A stretch of 59,770 bases of DNA, filler included, from Myxococcota bacterium (GCA_049322255.1; 5 parts of 5 records of this genome joined end to end with filler, not necessarily neighbours in it), one strand, 5' to 3'; numbered from the whole stretch's first letter, positions 35,724 to 44,852 are shown. The notes: generated by a model from the sequence alone, not told the origin. Made by a program: numbers and translations.

Positions 35724-36623
35724 TCACGCCTCCACGGTGAAGTGCGCCCGTTCGCGCTCGGCGGCGATCTCCGCCTCTGCTTGTTTTTCGTCACGGCTGA
35801 GCCAGTACACCATGTCGTCCGCCTCCCACTGGTAAGGCTTCCCGTCGAGCCTCACCCGCCCTTGGGCCACCGCGGTGGTGGCCTTCAAAAGCGACAGGTG
35901 CTTCAAATCGCGCATCAGCGCTTCGAAGCGGCCCTGCCGCGCGGGGTCGACGAAGCGCGCCCGGTACCTGCCGGCGTAGGCGATGTGGAACCAGGCGGGC
36001 CGAAAGGCGACGCCGTCGAGCACCAGCCGGCGCGCCATCAAGCCCAAGAGCTCCGCCGTCTCGCGCGCCAACCCCAGCCCGGGCACCTCCTGGCCCGGCA
36101 GCTGCGGGCGTTTGTCAGAAAAACGGGCGCGGGGGTTGCGCAAGGACAGCCAGTTGACGAAGAGCACCGTCGAGCCGGCGAGCTGCTTTTTCTCCAGCAC
36201 CGCCTCCATCAGCACCTGGTCTTTTCCGTCGGAAAACCCCATCACCCGCACACGCCCGCCCCCGCTGACCTCGTCCAACTCCACGTGCAGCCGGTCGTAG
36301 CCGAGCCGGTGCAGGTGCGGGAGGATTCCGTAGCGGTAGAAGGCGAACTCCAGCCCCTCGGAAGTGTAGAAGCCCAAGAGGCGCGGCCGAGCCTTGGAGC
36401 GCACCCCCAGCGCCTCGGCGACATCCTCCTCGGTGAGCAAGGGCTCGCTGCCCAGGCTCTCCGGCGAAAGCCCTTGGGCGATGTGCGAAAACCGCGCGCG
36501 CAACGGGTCGTACGAGCGAGGAATGGCCAGACGTGTTCGCGCCGCCAAGGCCAACGCGGTGCCGGCGAGCACCCGCCAGGCGCCGCGGGTGTAGCCGCCT
36601 CCCGGCAACCAGACGCTGGCCCG
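35724..36623 (-). CDS. C-terminal part of a probable histone-deacetylase-family protein with extra C-terminal domain (partial)
   Basis: Opens at the contig edge with SVWLPGGGY (HDAC catalytic-Tyr motif), followed by a ~270-aa domain containing LPGQEVPGLGL. Confidence 0.55.
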   Translation of the reverse strand, partial: RASVWLPGGGYTRGAWRVLAGTALALAARTRLAIPRSYDPLRARFSHIAQGLSPESLGSEPLLTEEDVAEALGVRSKARPRLLGFYTSEGLEFAFYRYGILPHLHRLGYDRLHVELDEVSGGGRVRVMGFSDGKDQVLMEAVLEKKQLAGSTVLFVNWLSLRNPRARFSDKRPQLPGQEVPGLGLARETAELLGLMARRLVLDGVAFRPAWFHIAYAGRYRARFVDPARQGRFEALMRDLKHLSLLKATTAVAQGRVRLDGKPYQWEADDMVYWLSRDEKQAEAEIAAERERAHFTVEA

Positions 36624-36723
36624 NNNNNNNNNNNNNNNNNNNNNNNNNNNNNNNNNNNNNNNNNNNNTTAATTAATTAANNNNNNNNNNNNNNNNNNNNN
36701 NNNNNNNNNNNNNNNNNNNNNNN
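36624..36723. other. Artificial contig linker
   Basis: N44-TTAATTAATTAA-N44. Confidence 0.99.
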
Positions 36724-36790
36724 CCCAGCGGGCTCCCCGTCGAGAGACGGGAGCTGGAAATCGGGCAACTGTCTCATCATCTGCCTCGCG

Positions 36791-37303
36791 CTAGATGGCC
36801 GGATGGGCCTCGAGCTCGTACTCGGCGGCCAGCGGTACCTTCTCGGCGATGAACGACGCGACCTTGGGACGCTCGAGCCGCTCGAAGTCGTCGTACCTCA
36901 TCTCGATGGTCTCCTCGTGTGAGCCAGCGCGGAAGACGACGGCTTCGTCGCTGGCGAGGGTGCCGTCGACGATGACAGGCAAGCCGTAGAGCGCGCCAAA
37001 AGGTGGCTCGGCGCCCAGCTCGCAGTCAGGGAACAGCTCAGCGAACTCCGCCTCGGTGCACAGACGCACCTGCTTGGCTCCCAGCGCCTCGGCGAGCCGG
37101 CGTTCGTCGATTCGCTCGGCCGCCGGCAACACGGTGATGCGTTTTTGCCCATCAGCCTCGACGATGATCGATTTGGCGACCCGGTAACCCGTGACGTGAA
37201 TGGACGCGGCGACTTCTTGGGCGGTGATGGCCCGCGGGTGCCAGCGCCGGGTGAAAGGCACCTTGTTGCGCTTGAGGTAGTCGACGATGCGGTTGGAAAT
37301 CAT
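36791..37303 (-). CDS. YbaK/ProX-family aminoacyl-tRNA deacylase
   Basis: VAKSII, FPDCELGAEPPFG (GxxxP), FRAGSH. Confidence 0.85.
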   Translation of the reverse strand: MISNRIVDYLKRNKVPFTRRWHPRAITAQEVAASIHVTGYRVAKSIIVEADGQKRITVLPAAERIDERRLAEALGAKQVRLCTEAEFAELFPDCELGAEPPFGALYGLPVIVDGTLASDEAVVFRAGSHEETIEMRYDDFERLERPKVASFIAEKVPLAAEYELEAHPAI

Positions 37304-37316
37304 GGGCGCTCCTCCT

Positions 37317-38360
37317 TTACAAGAGGGTGAGCATCTCGATGAGCATGCGCTCGAGCTGTAGCCGCGGGCTGCCGTTGCGTGAGGTCACCGCGTTGTGCGC
37401 CTGGTCGGCCAGCCATAGCCGCCGGTGGAGCGCCGCTTCGCCGGCCTTCTGGGCGCCGGAGCGGGCGAGCTCCAAAAGGTCGCGGTTGGCGATGTCCTGG
37501 GCCCCCGACCGGACGGCCGCGAGATCGCGCAGCCACAGCGCGAGCACGCGCAGCGCATCTTCGGCCTCGTCGCGAGAGCCACCGAAGTCCTCCGCGAAAC
37601 GCAACCAGCCGCGCGCGTCCGCAGGCTGGAGGGCTTCGAAGCGCTCGATGACCTCTCTTCGCCGGGCCAGGCCGGCCACGTCGAGCGCCAGCGCGCGAGA
37701 CAGACTCCCTGCGGACATCAACGCCACCAGCGCCGCGGTGGCGTCGTCCACTTGGCGCGCCTCCTTCACCCGCTCGGTGAGCAAGCGGACCGGCAGAGGC
37801 CCGAAGTGCACCTTGCTGGTACGGCTGCGAATGGTGGGGAGCAGCTTGTCGGGCGCCGAAGCGACGAGGAGCAGCACGGTGTCGGCAGGCGGCTCCTCGA
37901 GCGTCTTTAGGAACGCGTTCTGCGCCTGGGTGTTCATCGCCTGCGCCTCGACGAGAACGGCCACCTTCTTGGGCGATTCGAGAGCGCGCAGCGCCAGGCG
38001 CTCTTGCAGCGCGCGCACCTGCTCGACGCGAATGTCGCGCGAGGGCGTGTGGTCGAAGTCGGAGCGCCCCGCAAACCCACGCCCCACCAGCTCGCTCTCG
38101 GGCATCACCCAGGTGACATCGGGGTGGTTACGGTGCTCGACCCTCCGGCAGGTGTCGCAGGTGCCGCAGGCGTCGGGGCCTTGGGAACCGGCGCGCTTTG
38201 CGCCGCAGAGCAGCGCCTGCGCGAAGCCCACCGCCGCCAGCTCCTTGCCGACGCCGTCCGGGCCGCCGAAGAGGTAGGCGTGGTGGACCGAACCGCCGCG
38301 GAGCGCAGCGCGCAGGGTGTCCATCGCGCGTGGCTGGCCGAGCACCGCAGACAAAGGCAT
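37317..38360 (-). CDS. holB: DNA polymerase III subunit delta'
   Basis: HAYLFGGPDGVGK, ACGTCDTC, NHPD, AQNAFLKTLEEPP, LLPTIRSR. Confidence 0.93.
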   Translation of the reverse strand: MPLSAVLGQPRAMDTLRAALRGGSVHHAYLFGGPDGVGKELAAVGFAQALLCGAKRAGSQGPDACGTCDTCRRVEHRNHPDVTWVMPESELVGRGFAGRSDFDHTPSRDIRVEQVRALQERLALRALESPKKVAVLVEAQAMNTQAQNAFLKTLEEPPADTVLLLVASAPDKLLPTIRSRTSKVHFGPLPVRLLTERVKEARQVDDATAALVALMSAGSLSRALALDVAGLARRREVIERFEALQPADARGWLRFAEDFGGSRDEAEDALRVLALWLRDLAAVRSGAQDIANRDLLELARSGAQKAGEAALHRRLWLADQAHNAVTSRNGSPRLQLERMLIEMLTLL

Positions 38361-38391
38361 GTGCTCCTCCTACGCGGCGTAGACGCGAACC

Positions 38392-39276
38392 TCAAGAGGC
38401 TTGGAGGCCGCACCTTCGGCCCACGCGGCAGGCTGGGCGCAGCAGACACCGCGCGCAGTTCTCCTTGATCGGTGTCGAAGGACAGATGCCGCTCATGCCG
38501 TAGTGGCAAAGGGCAAAGTCGTAACGAACCGGATCATCGGCGTCCAAGTAGCGAAGGCGCGCCGTGATTTCCTCCGCCGTTCGCCAGGAGAGGTCTTTGC
38601 GCGCGGTGAGGCCGAGGAGCCGAGCGATGCGCCCAACGTGCGTGTCCAAGGGTATGAGGAGGACAGAGGGCGGCACGCTCTTCCAGATGCCGAAATCCAC
38701 CGCATCGGGCCCGCGCACCATCCAGCGTAAGAAGAGGTTGAGCCGCTTGGCTGCGCCTGCCTTGAGCGGGGACGGCAACAGGTGCCCAAGCCCCCGCTCA
38801 CGGCCCAGCGCGCGGTGAATTTCCCTTCTCGGCGCCGCAGAACGAAGTCCGGCAGTGAACCCGCAGAGAGCGTCGAACAGCATTGCGCCCGAGAAGTTTT
38901 CCAGGAAGAGCGCCTCGAGGCTTCCGTGGGAACGCAGCACCGCGCCCATGCCCAGCAACAAGACCGCGAGATCCGCAGCCACGTTGAAGCGGTAGACGAA
39001 GCCCTCGAGGAGGCGGGCAGCTTCGCCGACGTCGATCTCCGCCAGGTAGCGCGCGGGCGATGGGCCCATCGACGCGAGCAGACCTTCGACCTTCGGCTTG
39101 AAGAGGTCGGCCCGCCCGTAGGCCAGCGACGCCGAGAGGAGCGCAACCACCTCGATGTCTCGAGGGTCCTCGAATCGGTGGGGCAGCTCGACCGGGTCGA
39201 ACACCCGGCGGGCTCGATACGGCGTGGCCGCCAAAAACGCCTCCAACAGCGGCCTGAGCGCGTCGAGCCTTCGCAT
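38392..39276 (-). CDS. TIGR02757/DUF2400 family protein (HhH-GPD-like) with C-terminal Cys cluster
   Basis: DPVE, LAYG, KRLNLFLRWMVR, DFGIW, IPLDTH, DPVRYDFAL, C-X8-C-X2-C-X5-C. Confidence 0.85.
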   Translation of the reverse strand: MRRLDALRPLLEAFLAATPYRARRVFDPVELPHRFEDPRDIEVVALLSASLAYGRADLFKPKVEGLLASMGPSPARYLAEIDVGEAARLLEGFVYRFNVAADLAVLLLGMGAVLRSHGSLEALFLENFSGAMLFDALCGFTAGLRSAAPRREIHRALGRERGLGHLLPSPLKAGAAKRLNLFLRWMVRGPDAVDFGIWKSVPPSVLLIPLDTHVGRIARLLGLTARKDLSWRTAEEITARLRYLDADDPVRYDFALCHYGMSGICPSTPIKENCARCLLRPACRVGRRCGLQAS

Positions 39277-39307
39277 CGTTCGAAATCCTAAACGGGTGGT
39301 GGCAGCT

Positions 39308-39832
39308 CTAACGCGTCAGCTCACGCACCAGGTGACCGAGCTCGGGGAGGATGAGCGCCTCCATCGCCAGCTTGACCGCCCGCGGCGAGCCCGGGAGCGC
39401 GAAGACGATCATCCCCTTCACCGCCCCCGCGCAGGCACGCGACATCATCGCCGGGCTGCCGATTTGCTGGTACGAGAGGAAACGAAAGAGCTCGCCGAAA
39501 CCCGGGAGGTCTTTTTCGAACAGCGGGGTGAGCGCCTCCACCGTGGTGTCGCGCTTGCCCACGCCGGTGCCCCCATTGAAGACGATGGCCTGCGCCCCTG
39601 CGGCCGCCGCATCGCCGAGCGCGGTGTGTACCTGCGCCGGCTCGTCTTGAATCAGCCGATGCCCGGCCACCACGTGGCCTGCCGACTCCAACGCGCGCAC
39701 GATCGCCTGCCCGCTCTCATCGGCAGCCGCGTCGCGACTGTCGGAGCAGGTGACGACGAACGCCTTCACCGACACCGGCGCATGGCGCTTGTGCTCCTTC
39801 GCCGGGTCATGACCTGGGTGGTGGTCCATCAC
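39308..39832 (-). CDS. moaB: Molybdenum cofactor biosynthesis protein MoaB/MogA
   Basis: TCSDSR, DESG, GGTG...RDTT.EA, PGFGELFR, SRA, LPGSP. Confidence 0.9.
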   Translation of the reverse strand: MMDHHPGHDPAKEHKRHAPVSVKAFVVTCSDSRDAAADESGQAIVRALESAGHVVAGHRLIQDEPAQVHTALGDAAAAGAQAIVFNGGTGVGKRDTTVEALTPLFEKDLPGFGELFRFLSYQQIGSPAMMSRACAGAVKGMIVFALPGSPRAVKLAMEALILPELGHLVRELTR

Positions 39833-39838
39833 GATCCT

Positions 39839-40165
39839 TCAAGACAGCGCGGGGAAACCTTCGAGGAAAAGAACGCCCTCCTCCACCGAGACTTTGAACG
39901 CCGGCTGGTCGTCGCACACGCTGGGCGAGGTCACGTTCTTCCCGGTGTCCAAGTCGAAGCCCACCTCGTGGCAGGGGCACACCACCATGTTCTTCTCCAG
40001 CCGGCCGCCGGAGAGAAGGCACCCGGCGTGGTTGCACCAGTCGTCGAGCGCCTTGTAGCGGCCGGAAAGCTTCGCCACCACCACGTTGCGCTTGCCGATG
40101 GCAAAGCCGCGCATCTCCCCCTCGTGAAAGTCGGCCGGGCCCAGCTTGATTCGAAGCGTGCTCAT
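39839..40165 (-). CDS. Rieske [2Fe-2S] ferredoxin
   Basis: CNH...CPCH ligands, FDLDTG. Confidence 0.88.
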   Translation of the reverse strand: MSTLRIKLGPADFHEGEMRGFAIGKRNVVVAKLSGRYKALDDWCNHAGCLLSGGRLEKNMVVCPCHEVGFDLDTGKNVTSPSVCDDQPAFKVSVEEGVLFLEGFPALS

Positions 40166-40202
40166 CTCCTTCAGGTCACGTTACTATTTTCCTCCAAAGG
40201 CG

Positions 40203-41951
40203 ATGGTGCTCAACGACAAGGCGGCGGTGGCCCGAGTACTGCGCGAGGTCGCCCTCTACCTACAGCTCAAGGGAGAGAGCGCTTTCAAGAGCCGCGCCTA
40301 CGAGAACGGGGCCGACCGCATCACCGGCCTCTCCAAGGACTTGGGCGAGCTGGTGGCACAAAAGAGGCTGCAAGAGCTGCCCGGCATCGGCGAAGCGCTC
40401 GCCGAGCGGATCACCGAGCTGGTGACCACGGGGAAGCTCGCCTACTACGAGAAGCTCAAGGCCGAGTTCCCGCCGCACATCCTCGAGCTGCTCAAGGTCG
40501 AGGCGGTGGGGCCGAAAAAGGCGCTCGCGCTCTACCAAGCGCTGGGCGTGGGAGACCTCGAGTCGCTCGAGGCAGCCTGCAAGGAGGGGAAGGTCCGTGC
40601 GCTCAAGGGCTTCGGCCCCAAGAGCGAGGAGAAGATTCTCGCTGGGCTGACCCTCTACCGGCGCACCTCGGCCGACGGCCGGCGGCTCTTGCACGCCGTG
40701 CTTCCCTTGGCCGAGGAGCTCTTGGCTCAAGTGAAAGAGGCCCCGGGGGTGGTGCGCGCCAGCCTGGGCGGCAGCGTGCGCCGCTTCTGCGAAACGGTGG
40801 CCGACGTCGACCTCATCGCCTCGGCGCCCGACCCCGCCCCCGTTTTCGCCGCGTTCACCCGGCACCCCCAGGTCGCCCAGGTGATTGGCCAGGGCGGCTC
40901 CAAGTGCTCGGTGCGCCTCCTCGACGACTTGCAGGTCGATGTGCGGGTGCTCCCCGACGAGGACTTCGCCACCGCGCTCCACCATTTCACCGGCTCGAAG
41001 GCCCACCACATTCGCCTGCGGCACCTGGCGCAGGAGAAGGGCTTCACCCTCTCCGAGTGGGGCGCGCACCACGTACGCGCCGACGGCACTCCGGGCGCGA
41101 AAGTACCGGTGCGCGACGAGGCGGAGCTCTATCGCCTCTTGGGAATGCAATACGTGCCCCCCGAGCTGCGCGAAGACTGGGGCGAAGTAGAGGCGGCGCT
41201 CGAGGGGCGGTTGCCCGACGACCTCGTCACCCTCTCCGACGTTGCCGGCAACGTGCACAGCCACTCCACCTGGTCCGACGGCAAGGGCTCGCTCGAGGAC
41301 ATGGCCCGCGCGGCCAAGGCGCTGGGGCTTTCCTACCTCACCGTCACCGAGCACAGCCAGACGGCGGCGTACGCCGGCGGCCTCAAAAAGGACGCGCTCT
41401 TTCGTCAGTGGGACGAAATCGACGAGCTCAACCAAAAGGTGAAGGGAATCACCCTGCTCAAGGGCATCGAGAGCGACATCCTCGAGGACGGGGCGCTCGA
41501 CTACCCCGACGCCCTGCTCGAAAGGCTGGACCTGGTGATCGGCTCCATTCACCAGCGGTACGGGCTCGACGAGGAGAAGATGACCCGCCGGGTGCTGGCG
41601 GCCTTCGACAACCCTCACCTGCACATCTGGGGGCACCCCACCGGGAGGCTCATCCACCGGCGCGAGCCGGTGCCGTTGCGCATGGAAGAAGTCCTCGACA
41701 AGGCGGCGGAGAAGGGGGTGGCGATCGAGGTGAACGGCAGCCCCGAGCGGCTCGACCTCAAGGCCGAGCACGTGCGAATGGCGCTCGCGCGCGGAGTGAA
41801 GCTGGTGGTGAGCACCGACGCCCACAGCGTCGAGGAGCTCGCCGTCCACTTGCCCTACGCCGTGGGCACCGCGCGAAAAGGCTGGGCTCGCAAGCAAGAC
41901 GTGCTGAACACCCTGCCCGCGGCCGCCTTCCTGTCCGCGCTTCGTCGCTAA
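40203..41951 (+). CDS. polX: DNA polymerase/3'-5' exonuclease PolX (PolX + PHP)
   Basis: HhH motifs LPGIG and GFGPK, GSVRR..ETVADVD, QVDVR, FTGSKAH, PPELRED; PHP HSH.TWSDG, GHPTGR, TDAH. Confidence 0.93.
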   Translation: MVLNDKAAVARVLREVALYLQLKGESAFKSRAYENGADRITGLSKDLGELVAQKRLQELPGIGEALAERITELVTTGKLAYYEKLKAEFPPHILELLKVEAVGPKKALALYQALGVGDLESLEAACKEGKVRALKGFGPKSEEKILAGLTLYRRTSADGRRLLHAVLPLAEELLAQVKEAPGVVRASLGGSVRRFCETVADVDLIASAPDPAPVFAAFTRHPQVAQVIGQGGSKCSVRLLDDLQVDVRVLPDEDFATALHHFTGSKAHHIRLRHLAQEKGFTLSEWGAHHVRADGTPGAKVPVRDEAELYRLLGMQYVPPELREDWGEVEAALEGRLPDDLVTLSDVAGNVHSHSTWSDGKGSLEDMARAAKALGLSYLTVTEHSQTAAYAGGLKKDALFRQWDEIDELNQKVKGITLLKGIESDILEDGALDYPDALLERLDLVIGSIHQRYGLDEEKMTRRVLAAFDNPHLHIWGHPTGRLIHRREPVPLRMEEVLDKAAEKGVAIEVNGSPERLDLKAEHVRMALARGVKLVVSTDAHSVEELAVHLPYAVGTARKGWARKQDVLNTLPAAAFLSALRR

Positions 41952-41955
41952 AACT

Positions 41956-41988
41956 CCCCTCTCCCCGTGGGAGAGGGTAAGGGTGAGG
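41956..41988 (+). repeat. 33-bp REP-like intergenic palindromic repeat, copy 2
   Basis: Identical to 9341-9373. Confidence 0.85.
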
Positions 41989-41994
41989 AGAAAA

Positions 41995-42612
41995 ATGCTC
42001 CCCCGCCTCTGCCTCACACTCTTCCTCGTACCCAGTCTGGCCTTCGCTAGCCCTACGCGAGCCGCGCTGCGCAAAGCGTTCGAAGTCGCTTCGCCCTCGG
42101 TGCTCGAAGTGGTCGGGCCCCGCCGCTCGGGAGCGGGGGTGGTCGTCTCCGCCGACGGTCATGTGGTGACCTCGGTCGACTACGTCAGCCTCGAGGAGGC
42201 GCAGGTGCGGCTTTCGGACAAGACGCTTTCGGCCAAGGTGGTGGCCGCGGACGGGCGGCTCAAGGTGGCGGTGGTGAAGCTCGCCCCGGAAGACGCGCCC
42301 TACCGAGCAACAGCGGTTCGGCTTTCGGAGACAGCGCGGGCAGGCGAGCTCTTGGTCGCGGTGACACGAAAGAAAGGGAACTCGCCGGCGCCCACGGTGA
42401 CGCAGGTGACCCGTGCCGCCGACGAAAAGACCCCCTTCATCGAAGCCGCGCACCTGTTCCCCCCCGGCAGCCCGCTCTTCGACGGCAAAGGGCGCCTGGT
42501 CGCGGTGGCGGTGGGAAGACGCGGCAAGCGTACGCACGCCCTGCCGGTGACGGCGATCAAGACCCTGCTCGAGGCTGCGGCCCGACTGCCCTCGGCGAAG
42601 GCACGGCCGTGA
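41995..42612 (+). CDS. Secreted trypsin-like (HtrA-fold) protein lacking catalytic His/Ser
   Basis: Signal peptide ...PSLAFA, SGAGVVV..DGHVVT, AKVVAAD...VAVVK and PPGSPLFD.KG.LVAV (GNSGGPL equivalent). Confidence 0.7.
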   Translation: MLPRLCLTLFLVPSLAFASPTRAALRKAFEVASPSVLEVVGPRRSGAGVVVSADGHVVTSVDYVSLEEAQVRLSDKTLSAKVVAADGRLKVAVVKLAPEDAPYRATAVRLSETARAGELLVAVTRKKGNSPAPTVTQVTRAADEKTPFIEAAHLFPPGSPLFDGKGRLVAVAVGRRGKRTHALPVTAIKTLLEAAARLPSAKARP

Positions 42613-43322
42613 CCACCACCCAAACGCGTCCGCTCTCGGCAGTGCAGGAGGTCTTCCTCCTCTGGGGCGTGTGCTTCGCGGGAATCGTGCTCACCTACGT
42701 CACCTTCTCTCCTTACGCCAAGCTGGTGGCGACGGTAGGGTTTCTCTACTTGCCGCTGTGGGGAATGCGCCGACGCGGAGAGGACTACCGCGACTACGGG
42801 GTGACTTTTCGTCACTGGCGAGAGGACTTGAAGTGGGTGGCGGTGGTGAGCGCGGTGGTGGTGCCCGGGTACCTGGCCGTCTTCGTCGCGTACGCAGCGT
42901 TGCTCCCCAAGCTTCCCGCGGAGCTGTCCAGACTGATCGCTCCGTACGCTCAGCCCGCGCACTTCGAGCTTCGGCTGCCCGACCGCTTCGGGGAGTGGGT
43001 GATCGACCAGCTCTTCGTGGTCGCGCTGCCCGAGGAGTTTTTCTACCGCGGCTACCTACAGCAGCGCCTGCGCGATGCCTGGCCGCAAGGCAAGGTGCTC
43101 TTCGGGGTGCGCTGGGGGCGGGCGTTCTGGCTCACCCAGGTGCTCTTCGCGCTGGGACACCTGGCGATTTTCCAGGTGTGGCGGTTAGGGGTTTTCTTCC
43201 CCGCAATCCTCTTCGGGTGGATGCGGGAGAAGACCGGCTCGGTGATGGGAGCGGCGCTCTTCCACGCGGCGTGCAACCTGCTCGTGCTGGTGCTCGAGGC
43301 GAGCTTCTTCGGCAGGACGTAG
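42609..43322 (+). CDS. mrtX: CPBP (type II CAAX) intramembrane glutamic endopeptidase, probable myxosortase
   Basis: EEFFYRG, FALGH and FHAACN motifs; multi-TM; GTGA-coupled to the trypsin-like gene. The mrtX assignment rests on recalled myxobacterial synteny and was not searched. Confidence 0.7.
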   Translation: MTTTQTRPLSAVQEVFLLWGVCFAGIVLTYVTFSPYAKLVATVGFLYLPLWGMRRRGEDYRDYGVTFRHWREDLKWVAVVSAVVVPGYLAVFVAYAALLPKLPAELSRLIAPYAQPAHFELRLPDRFGEWVIDQLFVVALPEEFFYRGYLQQRLRDAWPQGKVLFGVRWGRAFWLTQVLFALGHLAIFQVWRLGVFFPAILFGWMREKTGSVMGAALFHAACNLLVLVLEASFFGRT

Positions 43323-43374
43323 GAGTTTCCTCGGTGACCTTGCCTACGGCCTTTCGAAGCGCATAATCAGAAAC

Positions 43375-43575
43375 ATGTCTCCCAAACCCATGCTCCGGAA
43401 AGCCCGGCTGGGCGACGACGACGGCAGCTTCGACTTCGAGTTCTGGAGCCAATTCACTCCAGAAGAGCGAATCGAAGCCGTGTGGCAAGCCACCCTCGAC
43501 TGGGTGGCGATGAAAGGTCTCGATGAAGATCAACTCCGACTTCAGCGATCTGTTGTCGGCCTTAAACGAGGCTGA
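43375..43575 (+). CDS. Small hypothetical protein, partner of the nucleotidyltransferase
   Basis: 66 aa, DFEFWSQFTPEERIEAVW...RLQRSV; overlaps the next gene. Confidence 0.65.
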   Translation: MSPKPMLRKARLGDDDGSFDFEFWSQFTPEERIEAVWQATLDWVAMKGLDEDQLRLQRSVVGLKRG

Positions 43576-43996
43576 AGCGCGTTATCTGATCGTTGGGGCC
43601 TACGCGGTCGCCTGGTATGCCGAGCCGCGGTTCACCAAAGACTTGGACATTTGGGTCGAGCCCTCTCCCGACAATGCTCAGCGGGTGCTGCAGGCGCTCC
43701 AAGGGTTCGGCGCCCCACTGCAGGATCTGACGGCCGACGATCTCTCCACTCCCGGAATGGTTTTCCAGATGGGTGTTCCCCCCAACCGGATCGATCTGCT
43801 CACCGAGCCCTCAGGCGGTATTTCATTCGAAGATGCGTGGGCACACCGCGTCGAGGGTCACCACGGCGAGGTGCGCATGTGGGTCATCGGGCTCGATGAG
43901 CTCCTGCGAAACAAACGCTCCGTCGCGCGCCCGCAAGACTTGAGAGACGTGCGCGCCCTCGAGCGCGTCGCCGCGAAGAGCACGCCGCGCCGCTGA
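43523..43996 (+). CDS. Minimal nucleotidyltransferase (DUF6036-like)
   Basis: LIVGAYAV, PRFTKDLD (DxD), RIDLL, L..NK...RPQD..D. Confidence 0.8.
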   Translation: MKINSDFSDLLSALNEAEARYLIVGAYAVAWYAEPRFTKDLDIWVEPSPDNAQRVLQALQGFGAPLQDLTADDLSTPGMVFQMGVPPNRIDLLTEPSGGISFEDAWAHRVEGHHGEVRMWVIGLDELLRNKRSVARPQDLRDVRALERVAAKSTPRR

Positions 43997-44021
43997 CCGG
44001 CAGCGCTGGCCTTCTTCCACC

Positions 44022-44852
44022 TCAAACGGGCAGCGTCTGCACCGACAGCTGCCGGTCTACCGCAAGCGCCGTCCCGCTGGGAAGCTCGAACCACCCGCCG
44101 TTGGGCTTGGCCAGGTGCGAGGCGACGCATACCGCGCGCAGCCGGCGGTGCGCCGAAACTTTGGGCTGGCCGTCGGGTGAGCCAGGCTCGATGCCGCAAC
44201 GCACGCAGCCGTCGATGCCCTCGAGGAGCGCGTAGTACAGCGGCGCCTCTCCGCACCGGGTGGCCAAGAGCATGCGCCCGTTGGTGGCGACGAAGTTGAG
44301 CACCGACTTGCCGCTCGCCCCACTCTCCGCTGCCAACCCCTCGAGCATGCGGGTGGTCTTGCCCAAAAGCTGCGCGGCGATCGCCGTCTCGAGGTGGTGG
44401 TCGTCCGAACGCCCGGCGTCGCGCAACAGCTTGAGGAAGAGGGCGAAGGCCGCCTCGCTGCCGGTGTCCCCGCGAATCTGCCGGCGCAAGAAGTCGGGCA
44501 ACGCCGCAAGCAGCCGCTCGCGCATCGCCGCAAAGCCACTCACCGCACCTTGGTGCGCGAACAACCAGCGGCGAAAGCGGAACGGCTGGGTGTTCTCCTC
44601 CAACGACAACCCCAAGGGCAGCGACTGCGCGTGGAAGAGCACCGCCTCCGACTCCACCCCCGCCCACAATTCATCGAGCGGCTCGACGGCGGCGCGCCCC
44701 CCGTAGCGCTGCAAGAGCACCTCCTCCTGGGCGTAGGAGCCCAGCCCCACGGCGTTGCCTCCTGGCGGCGGCGCGACCAGCGCCTGCACCTTGGCCAGCG
44801 CGCAGCGCATGAGGTTGGGGTCGGAAATGAACACGGCAACGACGCTTCCCAC
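44022..44852 (-). CDS. Class II glutamine amidotransferase-like (EgtC/YafJ) protein lacking the N-terminal Cys
   Basis: GLGSY, ENTQPF, WLFAHQG, G.TGSE, LNFVATNG, VASH; GTG start 6 nt after GAGGAG. Confidence 0.75.
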   Translation of the reverse strand: MGSVVAVFISDPNLMRCALAKVQALVAPPPGGNAVGLGSYAQEEVLLQRYGGRAAVEPLDELWAGVESEAVLFHAQSLPLGLSLEENTQPFRFRRWLFAHQGAVSGFAAMRERLLAALPDFLRRQIRGDTGSEAAFALFLKLLRDAGRSDDHHLETAIAAQLLGKTTRMLEGLAAESGASGKSVLNFVATNGRMLLATRCGEAPLYYALLEGIDGCVRCGIEPGSPDGQPKVSAHRRLRAVCVASHLAKPNGGWFELPSGTALAVDRQLSVQTLPV

